A stretch of DNA of 63,981 nucleotides, filler included, from Octopus bimaculoides (GCF_001194135.2; 7 parts of 7 records of this genome joined end to end with filler, not necessarily neighbours in it), one strand, 5' to 3'; counted from the first letter of the whole stretch, positions 1 through 12,477 are shown. Notes: generated by a model not told the origin, from the letters alone. A program made the numbers and translations.

Positions 1-400
1 TATATATGCATTGATGTGCACATATATATTATGCGTGTTTTGGGAGGTGCGTCAAATTTGTGTGTATATTTGTGTGTTTATAGTAATGGTTACACCTCAA
101 TATTTATGGAATCATTGTCCTGTACTTAACGCTATGAAAATGAAAACCGAATGCTCCTCTAAGTTTGAAAAATACACACCAGGGAATTGCTAACGGGAAC
201 TAAATACACTGAACATCATTATCTGCGAAATACTATTTCTTAAATATATTTCTTTTCATTTCATTGGGAATAATTGAATTTGAAATTTTCGTGCCATTAT
301 TTTATGTAGAGCTTTAGGGAAAGAATCCAATATACATATAGACACAGATATACCCTCACGCATGCAGATACATGTCACATACGCGAATGTGCTCAGATAT

Positions 401-435
<35 letters not shown>

Positions 436-695
436 NNNNNNNNNNNNNNNNNNNNNNNNNNNNNNNNNNNNNNNNNNNNNNNNNNNNNNNNNNNNNNNNN
501 NNNNNNNNNNNNNNNNNNNNNNNNNNNNNNNNNNNNNNNNNNNNNNNNNNNNNNNNNNNNNNNNNNNNNNNNNNNNNNNNNNNNNNNNNNNNNNNNNNNN
601 NNNNNNNNNNNNNNNNNNNNNNNNNNNNNNNNNNNNNNNNNNNNNNNNNNNNNNNNNNNNNNNNNNNNNNNNNNNNNNNNNNNNNNNNNNNNNNA

Positions 696-963
696 CTCCA
701 CGAGGTTCCGGCAGGGGGATGGTGGCGAACCCTGCTGTACTCTTTCACCACAACTTTCTCTCATTCTTACTTCCTGTTTCTGTTGTGCCTGTAATTAAAA
801 GGGTCAGCCTTGTCACACTGTGTCACGCTGAATATCCCCGAGAATTACGTTAAGGGCACACGTCTTTCTGGAGTATTCAGCCACTTGCACGTTAATTTCA
901 CTAGCAGGCTGTTCCGTTGATCGGATCAACTGGAATCCTCGACGTCGTAAGCGATGGAGTTCC
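696..963 (+). mobile_element. SINE family A, 3' two-thirds
   Basis: Matches the body and tail of the copy at 54333-54660 (ATGGTGGCGAACCC...CACCACAACTTTCTCTC...GAGAACTACGTTAAGGG...TCAACTGGAA). Confidence 0.9.
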
Positions 964-1338
964 AACAACTATGTGTGTGTCTAAATCGAAGACTACAGAC
1001 CCAAACCATCAATGGAATTGTAAAACCTGTAAAACATTCTAGACGTTTACCATTTAAGTATATATGAGCATGTCTAGATATGCAAGTATATGCATGAGAA
1101 TACATACATACAGTAAAACATACAAATCTGCATACATACATTCATACATTCATATATACATACACACACACGCATGTCTTGTTGATGTTGAAATACCGAC
1201 GAAGGAGCCTTGAATCTAGGTTAAAATAACTTTCTCTCTTGGCAAGACATCTTAAAATAAAACTGAATGACATACATACATTCATGCATGCATACACGCA
1301 TGAGCGGGAGCGCACTAGGCCATGCATGTGAGTGTGCA

Positions 1339-1450
1339 TGGCCTATTGTTTAGAGCGTTGCATTTGTGATCGCGTAATCGAGGGTTCGAATCCCGGGCAG
1401 AGTTTGCATTGTGTTCTTAAGCAAAACATTTCGTTTCATGATGCTGTAGG
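1339..1450 (+). mobile_element. Degenerate tRNA-headed SINE with CORE-like central block
   Basis: Box B-like GGTTCGAATCCC followed by TTGTGTTCTTAAGCAAAACATTT, similar to 4236-4290 and 63630-63670. Confidence 0.5.
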
Positions 1451-3770
1451 CTCATGTCGACATTGTATGTGTGACACTCCGTGCACTTGTGAAGTTAATG
1501 GGGACTTCATGGAGAGTGGGAGATATAAATCATTTGTGAATGTTGTTCAGCAATAATTGCAGCACCGCCATTCTCACATTCAAACATACTAACATTATTT
1601 TCATGTGCACATATATGTGTGAGTGTGTGTCTATGTTTCTGTTTGAGTTTGTGTGTGCGTGTCTATATTTGTGTGTGTGTATTATGTGTATGTGTGTTAG
1701 AGTATGTGCTACCGGCTGAGCCCTCCGTATACTGGACAGTATCAGGGCTATGGGGTCACCAGGAGGACTGGCATGATTGGGCACCGCCCGACGGAAATGG
1801 GACACCACTTTCAAGGTCACTTATTTGGCTTCACCGAATTATCTTCTTGCCATTGTGCATTATCTCTAATCATTAGACTGGGATTTCGCAGACTAATTTC
1901 AGTGTTGATTAGAATTCTCAGCAAACTGCTTATAAATCCTCGAGTGTCAACTTTAAGGCTCCAAAAAGTTAGGGCCGACAAATTATGTGCTAGTCCCTTA
2001 GTGCCGCATCATATATTTTTGTTTGCATCTGAATCCTGCATGGTAAGTTGCTATATTACAGAAAATATGTACTTCGAAACCCATCCAATGATTAGAGATC
2101 TCCATTATCGGCCAAAGGCGCGATTCAATTGTCGCATCAAACTGGTCACAACAATTAAGCGGAAGGTCACTCTATAAAGTAAGATAAAATTTAAAGCAGC
2201 TAATATTCAAAAATGTACTTCCATTTTTGAAATTCTATTGTATGAATTTAAAGCAATTGTCTGATCTCCATTACATGATGATGGTGTTCTTACACTCCAT
2301 CAATTGCAGGTTTGTAGGAATGCAATAAAAAATAAACATAACTTGTGACATTTGAATCACACTACACATCGTGGAATCAGGAAGCGATTAAAGAAATCCA
2401 GTAGCGCTACTGAAAGAAGTTGTTGATTCTTTGAATGCGAGATGATATAATGTGGTGCAATTGAATAATATATTCACTATATCTAATTAATGGTGAGTTG
2501 TGATCGATATGCAGTTTTACATCAGTGTCCAATATTCATAAAACTTATAATTATATATAATTCTGTTGCAGTGACGTAATTCGAAACATCACAAACATCA
2601 ATATATTTCTTTGAAGCATATGATGAAATCCATTCTACCTGCGTCAATTTAATTTCACCTATGCCGAATATTAATTACTCTGACCGTATAACTAGGACAA
2701 TTTTGTCAAATACGCTATGTGAAAATTAGAAATATTGAGCAGCGGAATATGGTATAATCTGTAACGTCTGCTTGAGCATATTGATTTAAGCCTTTGAGCA
2801 TTTAAATCTGATGTTCTCTCATTAGATCTAATCTTATGACTATTGTTTCAGAGTGGATTTTGAATACCGGATGTTATTAGTCTAAAGCAAAATGTCGATT
2901 GTAATTGAAATCCGATTATTTCCTCGGCCTATTACATTTCTATCTCTTCGTGTTTCATTAATACGTAACAGAATTTCAACAAGTTGTACACCATATGCTA
3001 ACATATTTTGGTTAAGTTTAATCTTTCTGCTGATCGAGAAACTTCAATTAAATGCACGACATCCTCAGTGATTTCTTCTCTTTTCTGGTACGCATATCGT
3101 ACTACAGGCCTAAAGTGTATAAACTGCTCTTTTAAAATGTGTGCTTTTGTTTTACAACTGTAGACTATGATTTGTGATACATTGATATATTTGAGTGCTA
3201 TTCGTGCCATGTTAAGCAGCCGTACAGATACCCATTTATTAAATGAATAATCTGGGGAAATACTTACTGCAAATTAACATGATCCACGTCCGTTCTTATT
3301 GATCACCTATAACAGCTGCGTAAGATATTATTAGATATAACTATAGAGTGAACGTATGTCGCTTTATGATTGCAGGGTATTTATATAATTGTGATCTATC
3401 TACAAAATTTATTACATTCGAAATTAAATGTAATATGTATGTATCGTGAAATAGAGAAAACTATTTAGATAATGAGAATAAGGTTTACAAGCTGTATTAA
3501 TGTAAGAAACATAAGCCATGCTCGGTTTAGGATCACGCATATGAGGAAAATTGAATGTCGATCAGTAAACCTGGATATTACAAATGAAAGTATGATACTA
3601 CACGTGAAGATCAGCGGGTAAGGAGTTAATAGTTAATAATGGCTTAATTAAGGGAACAGTGCCTGCGATTGTTTTGTTAATAGGAGAAAACATATATCCA
3701 AGCGAAAGTATATAGATTTGATACAACTATCGAAAAAAGCATACCAGTCCCAATATATTGATCCATATAT

Positions 3771-4124
3771 TTTCTACTCTAGGCACAAAACCCGATTTGT
3801 TTTTTTTTTTTGGGGGGGGTGTCATTTGATTACATCGACTGCAGTACGCAACTGTTACTTAATTTGTCGACCCTCAACGGATGAAAGGTAAAGTCGACCT
3901 CGGTGGAATTTTAACTCAGAACGTACTGAGACGAAATACCGCTAAGCATTTCGCCCAGCGGTATTTCATATGTCTCTGCGTTTTGTGTTCAAATTCCACC
4001 GAAGTCGACTTCGCTTCTCATCATTTCGGGATCGATAAATTAAGTACCAGTTGCATACTGAGGCCGATCTAATCGACTGGCCCCTTCCACAAAATTTTGG
4101 GCATTGTGCCTATAGTAGAAAATG
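3771..4124. mobile_element. Fold-back (head-to-head) dimer of 5'-truncated SINE family B
   Basis: Minus copy 3771-3956 and plus copy 3957-4124. Flanked by the direct repeat ATATATTGATCCATATAT at 3753-3770 and 4125-4142. Confidence 0.9.
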
Positions 4125-4194
4125 ATATATTGATCCATATATCACAGAAAAATAACTTTTTAGATATCAATTCAATCCAATACAAATTACATCT

Positions 4195-4465
4195 CGACGT
4201 TGTAACCTCGTGACTTCAATTCCCGGCGTCGTGTAGTGTCCTTGAGCAAGACACTTTATTTCACGTTGCTTGAGTCTACTCAGCTGGCAAAAATGAGTAG
4301 TATCGTATTTCAAATGGTCAGCCTTGTCACACTCTGTGTGAGAACTACGTTAAGGATGCATGTGTTTGTGGAGTGCTCAGCCACTTGCAAGTTAATTTCA
4401 CGAGCAATCTATTCCGTTGATCGTATCAGCTGGGACCCTCGTCATTGTAACCGACGGAGTGCTCC
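4195..4465 (+). mobile_element. SINE family D (CORE-like block + family A tail), ending in (TA)n
   Basis: GTGTCCTTGAGCAAGACACTTTATTTCACGTTGC...CAGCTGGCAAAAATGAGTA, then the same tail as family A. Confidence 0.85.
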
Positions 4466-4514
<49 letters not shown>

Positions 4515-4766
4515 GTATANNNNNNNNNNNNNNNNNNNNNNNNNNNNNNNNNNNNNNNNNNNNNNNNNNNNNNNNNNNNNNNNNNNNNNNNNNNNNNNNN
4601 NNNNNNNNNNNNNNNNNNNNNNNNNNNNNNNNNNNNNNNNNNNNNNNNNNNNNNNNNNNNNNNNNNNNNNNNNNNNNNNNNNNNNNNNNNNNNNNNNNNN
4701 NNNNNNNNNNNNNNNNNNNNNNNNNNNNNNNNNNNNNNNNNNNNNNNNNNNNNNNNNNNNNNNNNT

Positions 4767-4957
4767 TTTCTGTCACTCTCTCTTCCTGTTTCTGTTGTAC
4801 CTGTATTTCAAAGGGCCACATTTTTCATACTCTCTGTCACGCTGAATCTCACCGAGAACTACGTTAAGGGTACACGTGTATGTGGAGTGCTTAGCCACTT
4901 GCATGTTAATATCAAGAGCAGGTCATTCCGTTGATCAGCTCAACTGGAACCCTCGTC
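4767..4957 (+). mobile_element. SINE family A, 3' part, followed by (AGAC)/(AGAT)n
   Basis: Matches the tails at 760-960 and 54500-54660. Confidence 0.85.
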
Positions 4958-4987
4958 GAGAGAGACAGACAGACAGATAAGCTAAAC

Positions 4988-5045
<58 letters not shown>

Positions 5046-5899
5046 GTACAAAACATTCATTGAAATACCTTAAATTTATGTTAGTATATGCTTAAAATCA
5101 TATATGTTGTGGACTTGAAGTTACAATGAATTGAATTTAAAATTTCAATGGACACTTCCGCTTCTAGGCAACATTTAATTTCGTTCTGCTTAACAATCAT
5201 TTTCATATCATATCACTTACTAATTAAAAGTCTCTAATTAAGTGAATTGTTTATGTTAGAGAGAAAATTAAATACTGATTGGAAGTAATTAAATAAGTCT
5301 GTGCTAGAATGTTCCAAATGATCCGAACGGTGTAATTGAAATGTGTTTAATTAAGATATATATTAATATATAGCGGTGTCGGTCAAATGTAAGTCTCTAC
5401 TGAAATATATATTTATATATAATTAATTTTCCTCTCTATAATAATAAAAAACAACACATTTTGATAAACGAATATGTCGTTGTTTTCGAGAGACAAATGA
5501 ACACGTAAGATTGGAAAACGATAAGAGCGTGAATAGTTTATAAATTTGTTTACTTTTCCTTAAATATTCGAATGATTGTGCGTGTAATTTTAAAATAAAT
5601 TATGAGGCAACTTTTACTGGCTGAAGATATGAAACAATATAAATTCTATATTTAATCTAAATGAATTCTGGAGTATATACGTTAACGGAAGGGAGGTTTG
5701 CAAAGGCTTTTATATTTAGATATGATCTAAGTATTGATTTCGCTTATAAATATAATGATACTCTGATACAAACTGCAGACATGTAACTTGGACAGAAGTG
5801 AAGTATTCTTGCATAGAGTTATTCGTAGTCAAAATGTGTCACCGTTCTAAAATATCTATGCGATTCCATAGTACACTAGCACACAGGTCAATAAATATT

Positions 5900-6540
5900 C
5901 TTTTTTCCTCTAGGTACAAGGCCTCAGAATTTTGGGGGAGGGGGCCAGTCGATTAGCTCGTCCCAGTATGCAACTGGTATTTAATTTATCGGCACCGAAA
6001 GGACGAACGCAAAAATCGACCTCGGCGAAATTTGAACTCAGAATATAAATAGAGACGAAATATCACTAAGCATTTCACCCATTGGGCTAACGTTTCTTAT
6101 TTCTTTATTGCCCACAATGGGCTAAACATAGAGGGGGCAAACAAGGACGGAAAGAGACGTTAAGTCGAATACGTCGACCCCAGTGCGTAACTAGGACTTA
6201 ATTTATCGATTACGAAAGGATGAAAGTCAAAGTCGACCTCGGCGGAATTTGAACTCAGAACGTAACGGCAGACGAAATAACGCAAAGCATCAGTGTGCTA
6301 ACGTGTCTTATTTCTTTACTACCCACAAGGGATTACATACAGAGGGGACAAACAAGGACAGACAAACGGATTGAGTCGATTACATAGACTGCAGTACGTA
6401 ACTGGTATTTAATTTATCGACCCCAAAAGGTTGAATGGCAAAGTCGACCTCGGCGGAATTTGAAATCAGAACGTAACAGCCGATGAAATACCGCAAAGCA
6501 TTTCGCCCGCTGTGCTAAGGTTTCTGCCAGGTCGCCGCCT
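5900..6540 (-). mobile_element. Tandem trimer of SINE family B
   Basis: Three copies of the GTCGACCTCGGCG(G/A)AATTTGAA-TCAGAA block; head AGGCGGCGACCTGGCAGAA at 6540. Flanked by ACAGGTCAATAAATATT at 5883-5899 and 6541-6557. Confidence 0.9.
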
Positions 6541-6787
6541 ACAGGTCAATAAATATTAACATAAAGCAAGGTTTGCTCAGGGACGCTCAGACTGACGTAT
6601 ATGTGTGCGTGGGTATGTATGCACACAGTTATACTTGCATACATACACATGCTTATGTATGTCTGTGTGTGTAAGTCTGTTCATTGACGTTATTAATTTC
6701 TGAATATACACAGACGTCTAGTCTCTGAGGCTACATGGTTCCTAACGGACATACAATATGGTCGATGTAATACAACGTGTGTTTTTT

Positions 6788-6845
6788 TCAGTTTTCGTCT
6801 ACCAAATCCATTCACAAGTCTTTGGTCGGCCCAGACTATAGGTAG
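6788..6845 (-). mobile_element. SINE family C, 3' fragment
   Basis: TTTCAGTTTTCGTCTACCAAATCCATTCACAAGTCTTTGGTCGGCCC matches the reverse complement of 51225-51280. Confidence 0.8.
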
Positions 6846-7600
6846 AAACGCTGATGCTTCTCAATCGTTATGTTTGTACAAGTTCTTCTCTACCTGCGAA
6901 TCTTGGAATATTTCATTAGTACATGATCGACAAATTTGTTGGATGAAATGATTTGCCCCTGCCATTTCGGACACATGTGCTTTATCATATCTACAGGCCG
7001 ACCAAGTAAATTTGGTTTGGAGAAAATTGTGTGTTAGCCTGTTGTAAGTATATCATATGTATGTATGTGTCTATGTATGTATGTATGTATGTATGTATTC
7101 AGGCATGCACAAAGGAGTACCAAAAACAAACCAGAAAGGATCGCTGTTGGAAAAGGTTCGTTGTAGTTCAGGCTTCCACCGCTAGAAGCCAATTGATGCG
7201 ATTCTCAGGCATTAAGTATGCCGACCGGCGTCATCAGCTGATATCGTATTGCCACGAGGTACCTCCTTGTTTTGCAGTGCTTCTCCTCTGTTCGTGGAAT
7301 TTTGTAATGGCTGAAAGGAAAGAACAGCCTGCTTCCGTAAAATTCTGTTTTCTGTAGAGAAAAACAGCAGTCGAAACAGTTCACATAATTCAGACGGCTT
7401 ACAAGAACTCTGCCATGATCAAAACATACATTTATGAGTGGTTTTTCATGATTTAGGAATGGTCACTTGCCGCTTGAAAACCTACTTCATTTAGGACGAC
7501 TGTCAAACTCCCGAACAAATGATGAACTACAGTTCTATATTTTAAATATGAGGAATTATGTACATTATTTACATTATTTACATTTGTCGGATATTTGTAT

Positions 7601-7870
7601 ATGGCGTAGCGGTTAAGAGCGTGGGTTACTAACCTCAAGATTCCGAGTTCAATTCCAGGCAGCGACCTGAATAATAATAATAGTAATAATAATAATAATA
7701 ATAATGATAATAATAATAATAATAACATCGAAAAATATCTTAAGAATGAGAACCCAAGATAAAAATTTCCCGAATACACCTGATTAAGGCTGGAAGGTAT
7801 ATCAGTCGAAACGTTGTGTTAACAACAAACAATATGAGACAAATATCCATCAAATGTAAATAATGTAAAT
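7601..7870 (+). mobile_element. SINE family F: tRNA-like head, internal (AAT)n, hammerhead-like tail
   Basis: Box A TGGCGTAGCGG (7602-7612), box B GTTCAATTC (7647-7655), (AAT)n about 7669-7724, hammerhead-like motif 7776-7819. Inverted tail copy at 7528-7598. Confidence 0.85.
7776..7819 (+). ncRNA. Minimal type I hammerhead ribozyme-like motif (core G8 mutated in this copy)
   Basis: ACAC-CUGAUUA-A-GGCUGG[aaggtata]UCAGUC-GAAAC-GUU-GUGU. Stem I 4 bp, stem II 6 bp including 2 G.U pairs, loopless palindromic stem III (AACGUU). Confidence 0.65.
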
Positions 7871-7879
7871 GATGACCAG

Positions 7880-8321
7880 TTCTTAGGTGACCGTCACCGA
7901 ACAATAGACGAACTTGTTGATATGAGTGATGTATCATGGAGCTCCTGTGAACGAATTTTGGGCGATGAATTGCGAATCAAAGTGTTGCTGAAAGAATCCT
8001 GCTTGCTTGCTCACTGAAAATCAAAATCAGTCGATTGAGTGCGTGTTGTGGGGTCAAAGAACAACTAGAAGTTAAGCCGCATCTTTTTCCGAACGTAAAG
8101 ACTAATCACGAAAGCTGGAGCTATGGAATTTTCAGATGTGGAAGATGTGAAAGAATAAAAGGAGGCCTTACGGGGCATCAATTCCTGCAATGCTTCGAAC
8201 GCGTCTGAACCGATGCATTGTTTCAATGGAGAATACTTTGAAGGCGGCAAAAGTTTAAACATGTAAGATTATGGGAATAAAACAATATTGTAAAATTCCA
8301 GTTCCTTTTAAATACATTCTC

Positions 8322-8322
<1 letters not shown>
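7880..8322 (+). mobile_element. Internally deleted mariner (Tc1/mariner) remnant with right TIR
   Basis: Translates to DRHRTIDELVDMSDVSWSSCERILGDELRIKSVA (HTH region) joined to the C-terminal ...CFNGEYFEG. Ends in TIR-like ...AAATACATTCTCG followed by TA/(TA)n. Confidence 0.8.
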
Positions 8323-8357
<35 letters not shown>

Positions 8358-9434
8358 CTATGTGTCTGCGAGTATACATCTAGTTTGGTATATATCTCCG
8401 TTCATTCTGACACAACCTATCTTGTAATTTCGGCAGGAGCACTTAAAGGCAGTGCTCCAGCATGACTGTGGTTCAGTTGCTGAACAAATAAAAATATAAA
8501 GATAAAAATGCTTCTATACAGACACAAATGAATTTCATATTCACACTTTTTTTTTTCTGAAAAGGCTCGATTTCCGAATAATCTGCCCCATTATTTTCCT
8601 GCATAATATGAAATTAATCTCCTTATATTAATTGTTAATAAACATGCTCCCTGATATCGGTTTCTTCATTCATATTAATAATGTGTGTATTGACATTCCA
8701 TTTACTATCCTTATATTATCTCATTATTTGTTATGTCTTTTGCAATAGTTTCCTGCCATTTGATCTGCCATCAGTTGTTTTATTACAATCTCATCGTGTT
8801 TTTTTTTATATATTTATCCATTATTTTACTGTATTATTTTATCTGCTCTTTTAGTGATTGAGGTATGGTAGGCGTAGTAATGTTGTGGTACTTCAAGTCA
8901 CATTTTCCTTTGATAAGATGTAGCCCATAGCCCTTCATAAAAACATTTTCTGTTATAGGAAAAGTAGCGAAACATTGCAAGGATAAGGAACAATAACGAT
9001 GTATTGGATGACTATAAACATTTTTGCATTTACGTTGGGCATTAACAGCTTTTTAAAGTGGCCGTTCGCAGATTCGTGCAACATATAGATACCTTTAATT
9101 TAGAAAGATAAACATTAAGCGTAAAATGACAAATTGCTTATCATGTGGCCGAGAGTTTTGTTTTGTTTATACACTCTAATTATTCTTTTGTGAAAATGAC
9201 CAAATATTATCACCGATACAATAATAATAATAGGTGATATCTACTATCAGAACAGAATGAGAATATCAATCCCCTTATATTTGACAAATGATTCTCTCTA
9301 AAATTCAGAGAACGTTAGCGAATACAACGCGTCGATGAAGACGGCCGAAAGGGTAAACCAATCGCAAGTTGCTTCTAAGACAACCAAAATAAGAACGCTA
9401 TTTGCGATATATCAGTTTACAATAATAATTTGAA

Positions 9435-9575
9435 TCTAGACACAAATTTGTGATTTAAAGAAGTGAGGTCAATTGCTTTCATCTACCTCCGGTAGATAAC
9501 TGGCATTGTATATAATCAACCTCGACGAATAAAAAGCAAACTCGATACTGCAGATTTTGAACTCATAATGTAAAG
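9435..9575 (-). mobile_element. Highly decayed SINE family B
   Basis: Residual AAAAAGCAAACTCGATACTGCAGATTTTGAACTCATAATGTAAAG similar to the B block. Confidence 0.55.
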
Positions 9576-11974
9576 CAAATTATTCTTTCAATGTTATAAA
9601 CATTTTACCAGAATTTAGCAATTCCTCGTGTTGGATATTCGGGCAAAAATACGATTTGGTTACATTGATATATAACATCACTTGACGATATCCAGTTTTA
9701 CGCAAGTGGATAGTGTATCGCCTATATATGATATTTCATGTAACCAATGGATTCGATGGTATACGAAATTAACCTTGCTTTATTTTAGACATTAAGAAAT
9801 ATCGTGACTCTTATTTAACAATATTGATTATTCATAGTGGATTGATTGAAATATACATATTATCGAATTATGTATTAGCTTGGTGTTAACCTTGCTGCGT
9901 AGAACGGCCCGAAATCCCGCAATCATCATTTGGTATAACATGCGTAGGTAGGTATTTGTTGAATATTATGCACTATAATTGTTAAACGTTCCTACAATAT
10001 ATATGATATCGACGCTTTTGGCAGTTGGGTAGAATAACTTATAAGGATATTCTTTTGATGTTGGTCATGCATTAAACCTTTGCTTTCAAAGCAATTCGCA
10101 GCCACATTAAAAGGCTTGATACATAATGCATTCATCCTTGTAGCATTATAGCTGAACCCATGTAAATTTTTTATACACCTCAGAAATATATTTGATAGCA
10201 GCATAATGAGAGTTTTACGTCTTTTACCAGTTAACATTTTCATTTATGGGGAATAACATACTTTAAATTTAAAGGCATGGTAATTTAAGGAATATATTTG
10301 AATATGCATGTTCGTTATGCTAACAAATCAGTAATGTTTTACATTTCATTTTTAATACTAAGATGATATATTATGATAGAGTCATGTATATTATTCACGA
10401 TACAGTTTCGTCTCCTACTTTCATCTCTCAGTTGTTAGGAAAATATTAAAATATGAGGACTCATTTATCCTCTTCAAAATATTATTTGAAAACGTGAAAT
10501 TTTACGTTCCTTATGTAAATATTGTCATATATTTTTCTTCATTTGCAAGTAAATAATTATATTACAGATTAATGGAAATTTTACAGAAAATTGCTATCAA
10601 AACGAATACCAGCAAAATATCTCCCCCAAACTTTAAAGGACGAATGCTAATAGCAAAACCGTTGGCATGAATTTTGCGATTATGACGTTTCTTTTCGAAT
10701 AGTTGAATGCGATTTCGAGGTCACCGTGTTAAGTTGACAAGCGTCACCCTTAACAGAAACGGAAAGACGACAATGTGAGAGATATGAGGGAGACTGCCAT
10801 GAGAATCTTTACTAGCTATGTGTGATAGAGTTAATTTCTTGCATAATTTAACAATATTAGTTTGTCCTTCGGAGACGTTGGCATTGTCAACTACATTGCA
10901 GCATTTCAGTAAAAGGCTAGCGATAATTTTCCCGAACAGGGATCGGCGCCGTTCAAAATGTACATGTGCATAGTTCATATGTAACTAGACATTAAACATA
11001 AAACACGATGCACAGCAGAATATCAAGAGTGATGTGTAGAATGACTTGTATATCATTACATTCCTTTAGTTATTGAGATTAAATCTCGCTAAGTTCAACG
11101 TTGTCTTAGTTTCTTCCGGTGACGATAAAATAAATGACTGCCAAATGATGATTTCTTTCAAATTGATTAAACTAACGAAATGTCAGGTATTGCTCCGCGA
11201 AATATAAATTCAAGGACTGCAGTGCAATTATTCCGCTGAAGTCTTCAAGAACGAAAATAGTATATTTCCTTATAGAGAGTTGCTAATAATGAAGTCATCA
11301 TAATACTCAAATTTTAAATTGATTGAAGTTCGACAAGCAATCCACTTAACTATTATTCCATTTACGCATTAACCCGAGCATAGATGCGATAATCAGTAAT
11401 GCTATAAATGATATTACTAATCATCTATGCCCGGCAGTGTTACCTAAAGAATCCATTACCGATTTATTTCGGGGGAAATATTTGGGTTTTAAAATATCAT
11501 CCAGCACAAAATATAAAGTGAAAAATGTTCGTCTGTTATATTTTCTCAATCTAATCTCATTTTCCTGATAGGTACGTGTAAAAATACACTCATACACAAA
11601 CACGGAGAAAGATATGTACTAGTAATCATATGTATAGATGTATCTGCATAGAAACATATTGTGATCGTATGAGATTGCACCTGTAAATGTGTATTCCATT
11701 TTGAAGAAATATCATATGAAAATATAAGAATTAAATAACATCAAGTTTTAACTTTAAATTAAATCTAGTTTGAAAAATAGCATCTACTTCATAAAGTATA
11801 TCTATATTTCTATTTATATGAGTGAAAGTTTCATATGTCGGTAGTTATAAGAACAAATACATACGCACTCATCTACACATAGACGCATACACACACGCAC
11901 GCACACACACAGGCGCGCGCGCACATACACACAAGCGCGCACACACACACGCACGCATAAGCACTTATATATCA

Positions 11975-12030
11975 GGGGGTTCTTTCAGATTCTGTCTACC
12001 TAATTAACTGACTATGCTTTAATCCATTCA
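11975..12030 (-). mobile_element. SINE family C, 3' fragment
   Basis: GGGTTCTTTCAGATTCTGTCTACC matches the C tail. Confidence 0.55.
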
Positions 12031-12477
12031 AAGAAGCAGACACGTGCCGCTGTTGTTTGGAAGCAAGGTTTTTAGCAAACAGCTACATCATACAAGCTGA
12101 TATACAATACATTCATAGATACCTGCATACATACATACGTACAAACAGAGCCACAGGTAGACATACAAACAGACAGACAGATAGCTACATACATACATAC
12201 ATACATACATAGGTAGTAGAAAGATCGAGAAGAATCGAAAAAAAGGAGTAGGGGCTTTATTAATGTATTTGCAGTCAAATGAAAGGTGTTAAAACGAATT
12301 AGGGCGATGGTTCCAAGCAAAAAATCAGGTGGTAAGAGAAGGTGAAAAAATATAGGGTTTTACTGATCAGTATAAGGTTCCTGAACAAAGGTGTTTATTT
12401 TTTGTTTATCAGAAAATCATTGAGAGTTTATATTATATTTAAAGCAATTATCCTCGTGTAATATAAATGAAATAATT

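Noticed and set aside
356-853. ORFs spanning N gaps and (CA)n, (TA)n, (TCTA)n, (ATT)n or (GAT)n tracts throughout the window (poly-HT, YI, LSIY, I, M, N, S)
   Set aside because: They are open only because Ns and simple repeats lack stops. No domain content or splice context.
1185-1240. CCGACGA-AGGAGCCT-loop-AGGTT hairpin resembling a hammerhead half
   Set aside because: The core is non-canonical and GAAAC is absent.
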